Positions 9,830-19,077 of a stretch of 64,000 nt of DNA are shown here, piece by piece. Within the stretch, counting starts at the first letter, position 1, and each line of letters starts with the position of its first letter. Source of the DNA: Halobacteriota archaeon (GTDB taxonomy: Archaea > Halobacteriota > Syntropharchaeia > DAOWMC01); assembly GCA_034190245.1 (NCBI GenBank), contig JAXHTJ010000001.1, forward strand, positions 7,597-71,596, given 5' to 3'. The notes beneath the pieces are model-generated. The model saw only the letters and a list, made by a program, of their open reading frames with translations, was not told the origin of the DNA and did not search any database. The position numbers and the translations under genes are program-made.

Positions 9830-11500
9830 ATGCAAGATATAAAAGACCTCATCGAGAGGTATGCGCTGCAGAACGCTGTTAAATATGGATCAACACCAAA
9901 AGTAGATGCAGTTATAAAGAAGCTTCTGGGAGAGCACAAAGATCTGCGCCCGAGAGCAAAAGAGATCATACCGATAGTCCGAGAAGAGCTTGGTAAGATA
10001 GAGGATATGAGTGCCTCTGAGTGTGCGGATCGCCTGAAGGCAATCGCTCCCGAACTACTTGAAGAGCTAAGCGAAGCAAAAGAGCAGAAGAAGGGGCTAC
10101 CCGATCTGAAGGTCGATGGTGATGTGGTTATGCGATTTGCACCCAATCCGAACGGCCCACCAACGCTCGGGAGTGTCAGAGGAATCATAATAAATTCAGA
10201 GTATGCAAAAAGATACGATGGGAAGTTCATCATCCGATTTGACGATACCGACCCTCAGACCAAAAGGCCGTTGATAGAGGCTTATGAGTGGTATCTTGAG
10301 GATTGTGAGTGGCTTGATGCAAAACCCGATGAAGTTGTAATCGCTTCTGACAGAATTGATCTTTATTATGAGTATGCAAGAACTCTGATAGACATGGGAA
10401 AAGCGTACGTCTGTTTCTGCTCCGGAGAGGAATTTAAGAGTTACAAGAACTCGGCAAAAGCGTGTCCGCACCGGAATTATGTCCCTGATGAAAATCTAAA
10501 GCAATGGGATGAGATGTTGGCCGGTGGTTACGAGGAGAAGGAAGCCGTGCTCAGGATCAAAACAGATATTGAAAACCCAAATCCTGCCCTTAGGGACTGG
10601 GTCGCTTTCAGGATAGTGAAAGCAACACATCCAAGGACGGATGATAGGTATATTGTCTGGCCGATGCTCGATTTTGAATCTGCAATAGAGGACCATATCC
10701 TGAGTGTTACACACATCATACGCGGTAAGGATCTGAGAGACAGCGAGAGAAGACAGCGATTTTTGTATGATCATCTCGATTGGGAGTATCCGAAGACGAT
10801 TCATTGGGGCCGGATAAAGATTCACGAGTTTGGCAAGTTCAGCACATCCTCTCTTAGGGAAGGAATCGAGAAGGGGGAGTATACAGGTTGGGATGACCCA
10901 AAACTGCCCACTCTGCGCGCTTTGAAGAGAAGGGGGATCCAACCCCTGGCCATACGAAATTTTATGATAAGTTTTGGGGTTGGGGAGACCGATATAAGCC
11001 TGAGTCTCGAGACTTTGCATGCAGAGAATAAAAAGGTGGTGGATCCGATAGCAAATAGGTACTTCTTCGTCTGGGATCCTGTCGCAGTGGTTATTGAAGG
11101 GGGGAGGACGGTTGCATACCCACCGGTTCATCCAAGTAAGAAGGAACGCCGTGAGATCAAACTGGGATCGGAACTGCTCATCTGTAAAAAGGATGCATCA
11201 ACTCTCTCTTCAGGTGACAGGGTGAGACTCAAAGATCTATATAACATAGAAATCACGAGCCCGAGTCCTATGAAGGCGAAATTCATAAGTGATGAGCCCG
11301 GTAAGGAGAAGATAATACACTGGGTCCCTTCTGACGGGATAAAGGTCAGAGTGATCTCTTCCGATGGGGATATGAGCGGTATAGGTGAGCCATTGATACG
11401 AAAAGAGGTGGGGAATGTTGTTCAGTTTGAAAGATTCGGTTTTGTCAGGATAGATTCAGTTACAGAAGACGGAGTTGTCGCATATTTTGCTCATAGATAA
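9830..11500 (+). CDS. gltX: Glutamyl-tRNA synthetase (archaeal/eukaryal-type GluRS)
   Basis: 556-aa class I aaRS with HIGH-like FAPNPNGPPTLGS and KMSKS-like region, in the archaeal GluRS architecture. Confidence 0.88.
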   Translation: MQDIKDLIERYALQNAVKYGSTPKVDAVIKKLLGEHKDLRPRAKEIIPIVREELGKIEDMSASECADRLKAIAPELLEELSEAKEQKKGLPDLKVDGDVVMRFAPNPNGPPTLGSVRGIIINSEYAKRYDGKFIIRFDDTDPQTKRPLIEAYEWYLEDCEWLDAKPDEVVIASDRIDLYYEYARTLIDMGKAYVCFCSGEEFKSYKNSAKACPHRNYVPDENLKQWDEMLAGGYEEKEAVLRIKTDIENPNPALRDWVAFRIVKATHPRTDDRYIVWPMLDFESAIEDHILSVTHIIRGKDLRDSERRQRFLYDHLDWEYPKTIHWGRIKIHEFGKFSTSSLREGIEKGEYTGWDDPKLPTLRALKRRGIQPLAIRNFMISFGVGETDISLSLETLHAENKKVVDPIANRYFFVWDPVAVVIEGGRTVAYPPVHPSKKERREIKLGSELLICKKDASTLSSGDRVRLKDLYNIEITSPSPMKAKFISDEPGKEKIIHWVPSDGIKVRVISSDGDMSGIGEPLIRKEVGNVVQFERFGFVRIDSVTEDGVVAYFAHR

Positions 11501-11546
11501 TCCCGTAAAAATTCCCAATCAAAAATTTTAAAAAGGTGAACTGATA

Positions 11547-12833
11547 ATGAAAGAATCAATGTACAAGTCATATGAGGATCTACCCAAGATAAAACTCCCA
11601 GAAGGTAATAGTGATATAAATATCAGCGATTCAACTATTAGAGATGGTTCGCAGATGCCCGGCATCGTGATGAAGGGCAGACACAAACTCCAGATCTTCG
11701 AATATCTGCATCGGATAGGGGTCGAAAAGCTGGAGACTTTTCTATTCACAAAAGGTGATCAAAGCATAGTAAAAGAGATGCTTAACAGGGGATATGAAAT
11801 CCCGGAGATTACTGGCTGGGCAAGAGCAAATCCAAAGGATATAGACTATGTAATAAATATGGATGGGATCGAAGAGACCGGGATTTTGATGTCTGTCTCG
11901 GATTCACACATTATTGACAAAATGGGACTCAAAAACAGGGAAGAAGCCGAAAAAAAATATTTGGAGGCTTTAGATTATGCAATAGATCATGGTCTTCGTG
12001 TGAGATGCCATCTAGAAGACGTGACCAGATCAGATGTCGAAGGATTTCTCATTCCATTCACTAAAAAGATTATAGAAAGGTCACCAGATGCGATTATTCG
12101 ATTATGTGACACCCTGGGTTATGGAGTACCATTTATCGATTCAATCTATCCATACAGCTTACCCAAAATGATCCGTGAGATGAAGAATATCGGTGTCAAG
12201 AACATCGAGACACACGTTCACGATGACTTTGGGCTCGGTTCGGCTACTTCACTTGCAGGTTTCTGGTATGGAGCCAATTGGTCAAGTCTGACATTTCTGG
12301 GAATCGGTGAGAGGGCCGGGAACTCTGAGATCGAGAAGATGCTGATATTTTTAGAGTACAGATTGGAGGGCTTTCACAAGTATAATCTGGAGTGCTTTAC
12401 GGAGTTTTCGAGGTACATAGAGGATGAACTGGGGATCAGAGTGCCGAGAAACAAAGCTGTAGTGGGAAAGAACATCTTTGCTCATGAATCCGGAATTCAT
12501 ACAGCGGGTGTGATAAAGAACCCGTTCACCTATGAGCCATATCCACCTGATCTTGTCGGCGGAACGAGACAGATTATGATCGGCAGCACTTCGGGAACCG
12601 AGGTGATAAGATTTAGGGTTGAGGAGGCGATGAAAGAGCTGATGCATCTGGATGTATCCATCAAAAAAGATGATCACAGGATTCAGTCCATTCATAAAGA
12701 CATTCAGAAGTTGTATGATGAAGGTGAAAGAGTCTCCTGCATATCGGATGAAGAGATTCGAGGGTATGTCGAGAAGTATTATATGCTCCGCCCGATAATA
12801 GAGAAGGATATTGCGTCAGAGAAGGAAGATTAG
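11547..12833 (+). CDS. HMGL-like family protein (2-isopropylmalate / homocitrate / citramalate synthase family)
   Basis: DSTIRDGSQ and HVHDDFGLGSATSLAG motifs resemble the LeuA-family DxxLRDGxQ and HxHNDxG motifs. The specific activity cannot be assigned. Confidence 0.6.
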   Translation: MKESMYKSYEDLPKIKLPEGNSDINISDSTIRDGSQMPGIVMKGRHKLQIFEYLHRIGVEKLETFLFTKGDQSIVKEMLNRGYEIPEITGWARANPKDIDYVINMDGIEETGILMSVSDSHIIDKMGLKNREEAEKKYLEALDYAIDHGLRVRCHLEDVTRSDVEGFLIPFTKKIIERSPDAIIRLCDTLGYGVPFIDSIYPYSLPKMIREMKNIGVKNIETHVHDDFGLGSATSLAGFWYGANWSSLTFLGIGERAGNSEIEKMLIFLEYRLEGFHKYNLECFTEFSRYIEDELGIRVPRNKAVVGKNIFAHESGIHTAGVIKNPFTYEPYPPDLVGGTRQIMIGSTSGTEVIRFRVEEAMKELMHLDVSIKKDDHRIQSIHKDIQKLYDEGERVSCISDEEIRGYVEKYYMLRPIIEKDIASEKED

Positions 12834-12977
12834 TGTTTTAGCAAGTTGGTTTATATACTCGATGAATCTGGTCATATTTCCACAATAGGAAGAATGAATA
12901 GGTATAGTCTAATTTTTTTAAAAAGCTCCCTTGTTGCAAAAGGTTATTAGAATACCCGACATAATAGAAAGAATAAA

Positions 12978-13568
12978 ATGTCAACCGTAAAAGAGGCAAT
13001 AGAAGGGAGAAGAAGCATAAGAAAGTACAAGCCAGATCCAGTACCGGATGAATCTCTCTTGCAGATCCTTGAGGCGGCACGGCTTGCACCATCAGGATCG
13101 AACACCCAGCCATGGCGTTTCATCGTTGTTAAGGGCGAGGAGACTAGGAAGAAGCTCAAGGAAGCTGCATTTAACCAGAGATTTGTCGGACAGGCACCGG
13201 TAGTAATCGTTTGCTGTGGCGATCTCACCTGTTGGAGGCAATTATCAAAGAGGGCCACTGATTTGACCCCTGTGATGGAGGAATGGGGTCTAAAAGACGT
13301 GACCTCACGGATGACGGCAACGGTCAGAAACGTCGCAATCGCAGTGGAGCACATGGTACTTCAGGCTGAAGAGCTTGGTCTTGGCACTTGCTGGGTCGGA
13401 CTCATCGACAGGAAGAAGGTGAGGGAGATGCTCAAGATACCGGATCATCTCGTGATTGTTTCTTTACTTCCCATCGGCTATCCTGCGGAAGATCCGGGAC
13501 AAAGGCCGAGATTTGGGCTCTATGATATCGCCTTTAGTGAAGATTATGGCAGAAGTTTTGAGGTATGA
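12978..13568 (+). CDS. Nitroreductase family protein
   Basis: RRSIRKY… and SGSNTQPW motifs. Confidence 0.75.
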   Translation: MSTVKEAIEGRRSIRKYKPDPVPDESLLQILEAARLAPSGSNTQPWRFIVVKGEETRKKLKEAAFNQRFVGQAPVVIVCCGDLTCWRQLSKRATDLTPVMEEWGLKDVTSRMTATVRNVAIAVEHMVLQAEELGLGTCWVGLIDRKKVREMLKIPDHLVIVSLLPIGYPAEDPGQRPRFGLYDIAFSEDYGRSFEV

Positions 13569-14035
13569 AGTTCTACTCAGATTTTGCAGATAAATATGAT
13601 GTAATGATCACCTGGAGCAGGCGAGAAGAGTTACAGGCCCCCTTCTTCAGAAAGGTTTTTGATAAGCACAATGTGAAATCAGTTTTAGATTGTGCCTGTG
13701 GTACCGGTTTTCACACGATCATGTTATCAAAGATGGGATATCATGTCGAAGGTTGCGATATCACTCCCGGAATGATCGAAAAATCCCGATTGAATGCTGC
13801 GAAGGATGGGTTGAATTTGAACTTCGTCCAATCTGACTTTAAAGAGATGGTTGGCAAATTCGATAAAAAATTTGAGGTGGATTCCACAGATTATAATCCG
13901 ATCTCAAAGGATAAGCTATCGGATCTGATGAAAAGAGCGGGTTTTGGTAAACTCAAATTTTATGGGGATTTTGACTTTACCGAATTTGATGAAAGAAAGA
14001 GTGAAAATCTTATTGTGGTTGGGATTAAAGGATGA
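13565..14035 (+). CDS. Class I SAM-dependent methyltransferase
   Basis: VLDCACGTG glycine-rich SAM motif. The ATGA start overlaps the upstream nitroreductase stop. Confidence 0.6.
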   Translation: MKFYSDFADKYDVMITWSRREELQAPFFRKVFDKHNVKSVLDCACGTGFHTIMLSKMGYHVEGCDITPGMIEKSRLNAAKDGLNLNFVQSDFKEMVGKFDKKFEVDSTDYNPISKDKLSDLMKRAGFGKLKFYGDFDFTEFDERKSENLIVVGIKG

Positions 14036-14123
14036 CACTGAAGAGGTTTTGATGACTCTTCACAATAAAGAATAACTTTTATCATTAAGTGGATACCAAT
14101 GCATTGTCATTGGGGGCTAAAAG

Positions 14124-14687
14124 ATGGAACTTAAAGAGGCGATTTTAAAGAGAAGAAGCATCAGAAGATTCACCGACTATCTCGTTACGGATGATGAGAT
14201 AAAAGAGATGATCGAGGCTGCGAGATGGGCTCCTTCATGGGCGAATACTCAATCGTGGGAGTTTATTGTAGTCAGAGACAAGAAAATTATCGAAGATGTG
14301 ACAGCGACATATTCAGAGAAGAATCCTGCGACCAAGTGTTCGAATTCTGCTTCTGTGTTGATTGTCGCTTGTGCAAAGAAAGATATTTCGGGGTATAAAA
14401 AGGAAGAGAAGAAGACAAAATTTTCGGATTGGTTCATGTTCGATCTTGGCATGGCCGTTCAGAATCTTCTGTTGAGGGCTCATGAGCTTGGGCTCGGAAG
14501 CGTTGTCGTTGGACTCTTAGACCACGATGCTTGCAGAAAGGTCCTTGGTGTACCGGATGAATATGAGGTGGCTGTGGTAGTTCCAATCGGAAGACCCGAT
14601 GTAGAAGGAAAAGAGGGGCCTCCGCGAAAAGATCTAAAAGAGTTTGTGCATCTCGACAATTTTGATCGAACCTTTGATGTGATGTGA
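14124..14687 (+). CDS. Nitroreductase family protein (second paralog)
   Basis: RRSIRRF and PSWANTQSWEF motifs. Confidence 0.75.
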   Translation: MELKEAILKRRSIRRFTDYLVTDDEIKEMIEAARWAPSWANTQSWEFIVVRDKKIIEDVTATYSEKNPATKCSNSASVLIVACAKKDISGYKKEEKKTKFSDWFMFDLGMAVQNLLLRAHELGLGSVVVGLLDHDACRKVLGVPDEYEVAVVVPIGRPDVEGKEGPPRKDLKEFVHLDNFDRTFDVM

Positions 14688-14764
14688 CGAAGATAGAACT
14701 TTGATGAGATAACTTCCGAAAGATAGAAGGGGATGTAGGTCTATACGGATTGTGAGGTGAATAG

Positions 14765-15235
14765 ATGAAATCGCTTCTCGTCTATTATTCGAGGACTGGA
14801 ACGACTAAAAAGGTTGCCGAAGCCATTTCAGAAAAAATTGACTGCGATATTGAAGAGATCGTCGATACAAAGAATAGGTCAGGGATTTTTGGATTTTTAA
14901 CTTCGGGCTTGGAAGCAATACAGAAGAAAGAAGTGCCGATTGAGGAGATCAAGAAAGATCCCTCCGAATACGATCTTGTCATAATTGGCTCCCCTACCTG
15001 GATGCACAATACACCATCTCCAGTTAGAACCTACCTATCCCAGGTAAAAGGTCAAATTGATAACGCTGCCTTCTTCTGCACCTATGGTGGCACCGGTTAC
15101 GATAAAGTCTTTGAAGAGATGCAAAATATCTCAGGAAAAAAACCGATCACTTCGTTAAATCTCAGAGCGAGGGATGTGAAGAAGGAAGATAACACAGAAA
15201 AGGTCAACGAGTTCGTCAGTGGCCTATCGGGTTAG
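14765..15235 (+). CDS. Flavodoxin-like protein
   Basis: MKSLLVYYSRTGTTKKVAE is a flavodoxin phosphate-binding loop. Confidence 0.65.
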   Translation: MKSLLVYYSRTGTTKKVAEAISEKIDCDIEEIVDTKNRSGIFGFLTSGLEAIQKKEVPIEEIKKDPSEYDLVIIGSPTWMHNTPSPVRTYLSQVKGQIDNAAFFCTYGGTGYDKVFEEMQNISGKKPITSLNLRARDVKKEDNTEKVNEFVSGLSG

Positions 15236-15260
15236 GTTTCTTTTGATTCACGTCGCGGGA

Positions 15261-17447
15261 TCATTTCGGCCTGGCAAACTGCAATGCTTCACCTCTAGGT
15301 TTCGGTTTTTCGTAATTGAATTGGGCTTCAACAACTCCCGTAATCTTAAGAGATCTCACCTCAATCTTTGAAAAGTCCAGACTGAAGAGGATAACAAAAA
15401 GAGCAGCAACTCCTATTAAAATTGGAAGAATTGCGTCAGATATGCTTATTGAGAGCGTAAAAACGAACAGTATTATGAGAAGTCTGAGTAAAAATATCTT
15501 GAGTTCATATTTTAGCAAGTTGTTCACATGAGTTAGATTTTTAAAGGCCTCGACATATCTAATATTTCCTTCTGTTGCCTTTTTAAAGTTTTTGCGAGCA
15601 TGATGGAATCTGAGGGGGGCAACTACACTGCCCTTTCCATACTCTGCATACGTGCATCCAATGTTGTTGTAAAATTCAGAATCATCATTTAATTCTAAAG
15701 CCATCTTAAATTCTGCTATAGCATCATTATATGCTCCTCTCTTACTTAAAACGAGTCCGAGGCCGTTATGGGAATAACCAAGATCCTTATTTAGATTTAT
15801 CGCTTCCCTATACTCTTTTTCAGCATTGTCATACTCTTTGAGTATATAAGACGAATCTCCAAGATTGGCATGGGCAATGTCAAGATACGGATCCAATTCA
15901 ATAGCCTTTTTATAATCCTTTTTTGCCTTACTATATTTCTCCAATTTAAAGTAAGCAAGCCCTCTATTGTTGTAAGCAGAGACATATTCTAAATCGAGCT
16001 CTATTGCCTTTCCAAAGTCTCCTATTGCCTCGTCATACAACGATAGATCGAGATAAACACTTCCTCTATCATAATAGGCCAGAGCATAATCTAAATCGAG
16101 TTCTATAGCCGTATTATAATCCTCTATAGCCTCATCATACATCATCAAATCATGATAAGTAAGTCCACGACCGATGTAGGCATTGACATAGTCCGGATTC
16201 AGATCAATTGCTCTGTTGTAGTCATTTATTGCTTCATCGTATCGCTTTAAATTGTAGTTAGCAAGCCCGCGATTGTAGTAAGCTAGGTCATACTCGGAAT
16301 CGAGATCTATTGCCTTACTATTGTCCTCTACTGCTTCATCAAACATCATTAATTCATGATAAGCAAGCCCGCGATTGTAGTAAGCATCAACGTATGATGG
16401 ATCAAGCTCTATTGCTCTGCTGCACGCTTCTATCGCTTCATCGTATCTTCCTGAGTCATAATACTCAACTCCATTATTGAAATAATCCTCAGCACTACTC
16501 TTATCAACATTTTCTGATCTTTTATCTCCTTTAAGTTCAGAATAGAGATTCTCTCGGTTGTTGTGAGCTTCGGTATAATCGGGATCAAGCTCTATTGCTT
16601 TGTCGTAGTCTTTTATTGCCTCATCATACCGTTTTAGATTATATTTGGCAAGTCCCCTGTTGTTGTAAGCAGAAGCATCGCAAGGGTCAAGCTTGATTAC
16701 CATACTTAGGTCCTCGATTGCCTTCTCGTAATTTTTTAATAGCGAGTATGTATTTGCACGATTGAAATAGGCAACAGTATGGTTTGGATCCAGTTCGATT
16801 GCCCGGTTAAAGTCCTCTATCGATTCATCATATCTTCCCATATCAGAAAAGACACTTCCACGACCGTTGTAAGCGGCAATGTATTTGGAATTGAGCTTAA
16901 TTGCCCTTTCATAGTCCTCTAATGCCTCATCGTATCTTTTTAAAAGATAGTATGCACTTCCACGATTGTTAAAAGCATTTATATCCTTTGGATCAAGTTC
17001 AACAGCCTTACTCAAATCCTCGATTGCTTCATCGTATCTTTTTAAGATATAATAAACGGTTCCGCGATTGTTGTAAACATGAGCAAAGTTTGGATCGATA
17101 TCTATTGCCCTACTGTAGTACTCTACCGCCTCATCATATCTCTCCTGATTATGGTAGTCAAGCCCACTGTTATAGTTCGTAAGAACTTCCGCCGTTTTAA
17201 GGGTTTTTTCAAGTGCGCAACAGGCTATTGCACGCTCTTTGATGTCATCATCTACCGCGATCTCCCCGGCAAAAGTAAGATATACAATTGAAAGGATGTA
17301 ATCTTTATCTTCTCCAAATCTGGTCCCTTTTACGATCAACTCCTTGGCAAGGGAATCAGGATCGCTTGCCTTCTCTTTGACAAGGTCGTGAGCCTTTGCT
17401 ACTTCTCCACTCTTAAGAAGAGCTTCTATTTCTTCTGATTCTGACAT
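15261..17447 (-). CDS. Tetratricopeptide-repeat (TPR) protein with C-terminal membrane anchor
   Basis: More than 15 tandem 34-aa TPR units (YNNRGxxYxxLxRYDEAIEDYxKAIELDP) and a C-terminal hydrophobic segment. Confidence 0.8.
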   Translation of the reverse strand: MSESEEIEALLKSGEVAKAHDLVKEKASDPDSLAKELIVKGTRFGEDKDYILSIVYLTFAGEIAVDDDIKERAIACCALEKTLKTAEVLTNYNSGLDYHNQERYDEAVEYYSRAIDIDPNFAHVYNNRGTVYYILKRYDEAIEDLSKAVELDPKDINAFNNRGSAYYLLKRYDEALEDYERAIKLNSKYIAAYNGRGSVFSDMGRYDESIEDFNRAIELDPNHTVAYFNRANTYSLLKNYEKAIEDLSMVIKLDPCDASAYNNRGLAKYNLKRYDEAIKDYDKAIELDPDYTEAHNNRENLYSELKGDKRSENVDKSSAEDYFNNGVEYYDSGRYDEAIEACSRAIELDPSYVDAYYNRGLAYHELMMFDEAVEDNSKAIDLDSEYDLAYYNRGLANYNLKRYDEAINDYNRAIDLNPDYVNAYIGRGLTYHDLMMYDEAIEDYNTAIELDLDYALAYYDRGSVYLDLSLYDEAIGDFGKAIELDLEYVSAYNNRGLAYFKLEKYSKAKKDYKKAIELDPYLDIAHANLGDSSYILKEYDNAEKEYREAINLNKDLGYSHNGLGLVLSKRGAYNDAIAEFKMALELNDDSEFYNNIGCTYAEYGKGSVVAPLRFHHARKNFKKATEGNIRYVEAFKNLTHVNNLLKYELKIFLLRLLIILFVFTLSISISDAILPILIGVAALFVILFSLDFSKIEVRSLKITGVVEAQFNYEKPKPRGEALQFARPK

Positions 17448-17512
17448 CTTCTATGAGCAATCGGTATGTATTGTGCTTAAATTTTTTCCCGATCTATCCC
17501 ATCCGTCCCCCT

Positions 17513-18838
17513 CTATCCTGAAATTATCTGGTTTACGCATCTAAAAGCAGATGAGATGGGCGCTTCCATTCCTGCCCCGGTACTTCTGATTGTATCTCCG
17601 ACGAAGTAGAGACCTGATATCTCGGGAGCCTTAACATCAGGCTTATTCTTCCAGACAAGATGGGGCTTGCGATGGACTCCGTCCAAAACTACTTTTGGGA
17701 TGCTTACTGCAATGAATCTTTCACAATTTTCCTCCCAATCATAACCGGCAAAGATCGTGCGGATATCTTCTGAAAAACCTTCTTTTATGCTCTCGATCTT
17801 ATCTTTTGGGAACTCTTTATCCGAAGTGCTCCCTCCAAACAGGATATGTTTGCCTTCTGTCGATGCGTAAGCAGAAGAGAAATTCGTGGGATGAACGACC
17901 TGAAAGCCTATGTGGTTTACCGGAGAATCGATAACTGAAACATACTTATGCCCCTCGTATAAGGGTTTCTTCAAAACTCCTGTCAGCCCAATAACATGAT
18001 ACAGGGAGTTTTCCCGGAGGTGGCTGGCCATGCCAACGAACCATGAGGGAAAGTTATCTTCACTAGCTAGCTTGAAGATCTCCCAGATGGGTGCGTTGCT
18101 GATAACAACGTTACTTTCAATGAGCTTTTCACCATCACCCTCTTTCAATAGGACTCCTTTGACCTTTGCATCCTTTATTACAATCTCGTTCACCTTCGCC
18201 TTTGTGCGTACAACTCCACCATCACCCTCTATAGAAGCTGCAAGTCCATCCCAGATCGCTGTAAGTCCCTGCTCGGGGATGCCTGAGTGTATTCCTGTCT
18301 CAATCCACTTTTTCATGCGCCTGAGAAGCTCTCCGGCACTTATCTCTGAAATGTCATTTATTGTGGAGAATACAAGCGCTCTTGCAGTGAAGTATATCAG
18401 CGTCTCCTCAAGTTTTGCCCTCTCATCGATCCAGTCTTTGAATGATAGATCATCCAGCTCCTCAGTCTGCTCAAATGACATCGATAGAATCTCGGTCTTT
18501 ATCCTAAGGACCTCCTTTTGAGCTTCATCAGATGATATCAATCTTTTGTCGCTCTGGAGTTTTCCCTGATAGTAGATGAGAAGTTCCTCAAATGGAATTA
18601 TATTCACATCGATTCCGAGGAAGGTGAGTACCTTGCCCATCTCACCCCTATCAGCACATGGCAGTATGTGGGTACCATTTTCCATTATACGATCACCCCT
18701 TCTTCGGGACCATGCCCTGCCACCAAGTGCGCCGCTCTTCTCAAAGACCGCTACTCTTCTGCCGGATCTTGCAAGCAAGCCTCCTGATATAAGCCCCCCT
18801 ATACCCCCTCCAACTATCACGACGTCGAATTCAGTCAT
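17513..18838 (-). CDS. FAD-dependent oxidoreductase (phytoene-desaturase / amine-oxidase-like)
   Basis: N-terminal DVVIVGGGIGGLISGGLLARSGRRVAVFEKSGALGGRA dinucleotide-binding motif. Confidence 0.7.
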   Translation of the reverse strand: MTEFDVVIVGGGIGGLISGGLLARSGRRVAVFEKSGALGGRAWSRRRGDRIMENGTHILPCADRGEMGKVLTFLGIDVNIIPFEELLIYYQGKLQSDKRLISSDEAQKEVLRIKTEILSMSFEQTEELDDLSFKDWIDERAKLEETLIYFTARALVFSTINDISEISAGELLRRMKKWIETGIHSGIPEQGLTAIWDGLAASIEGDGGVVRTKAKVNEIVIKDAKVKGVLLKEGDGEKLIESNVVISNAPIWEIFKLASEDNFPSWFVGMASHLRENSLYHVIGLTGVLKKPLYEGHKYVSVIDSPVNHIGFQVVHPTNFSSAYASTEGKHILFGGSTSDKEFPKDKIESIKEGFSEDIRTIFAGYDWEENCERFIAVSIPKVVLDGVHRKPHLVWKNKPDVKAPEISGLYFVGDTIRSTGAGMEAPISSAFRCVNQIISG

Positions 18839-19077
18839 AGATAAGAAAACCCTCCTATTTTATGATGATCATTTAGGAGGATTTATCTCTTAAACCTTTT
18901 GTAAATCCGAACACATATGCCTCTTTGGTCTAAAACTTCAATATCTGGTGTTGATATTATTGTTGATAATGTGGTGAGGCATATGAGCCTATGTCAAGTA
19001 AACAAAACCAATCTTTTAATAAAAAGTAATTATATCACCATATATCACCCCCTGAAGATATAAGGTTGAGGTCACAT

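Noticed and set aside
15316-15531. 71-aa ORF antisense within the TPR gene
   Set aside because: Shadow ORF inside a strongly periodic TPR coding region.
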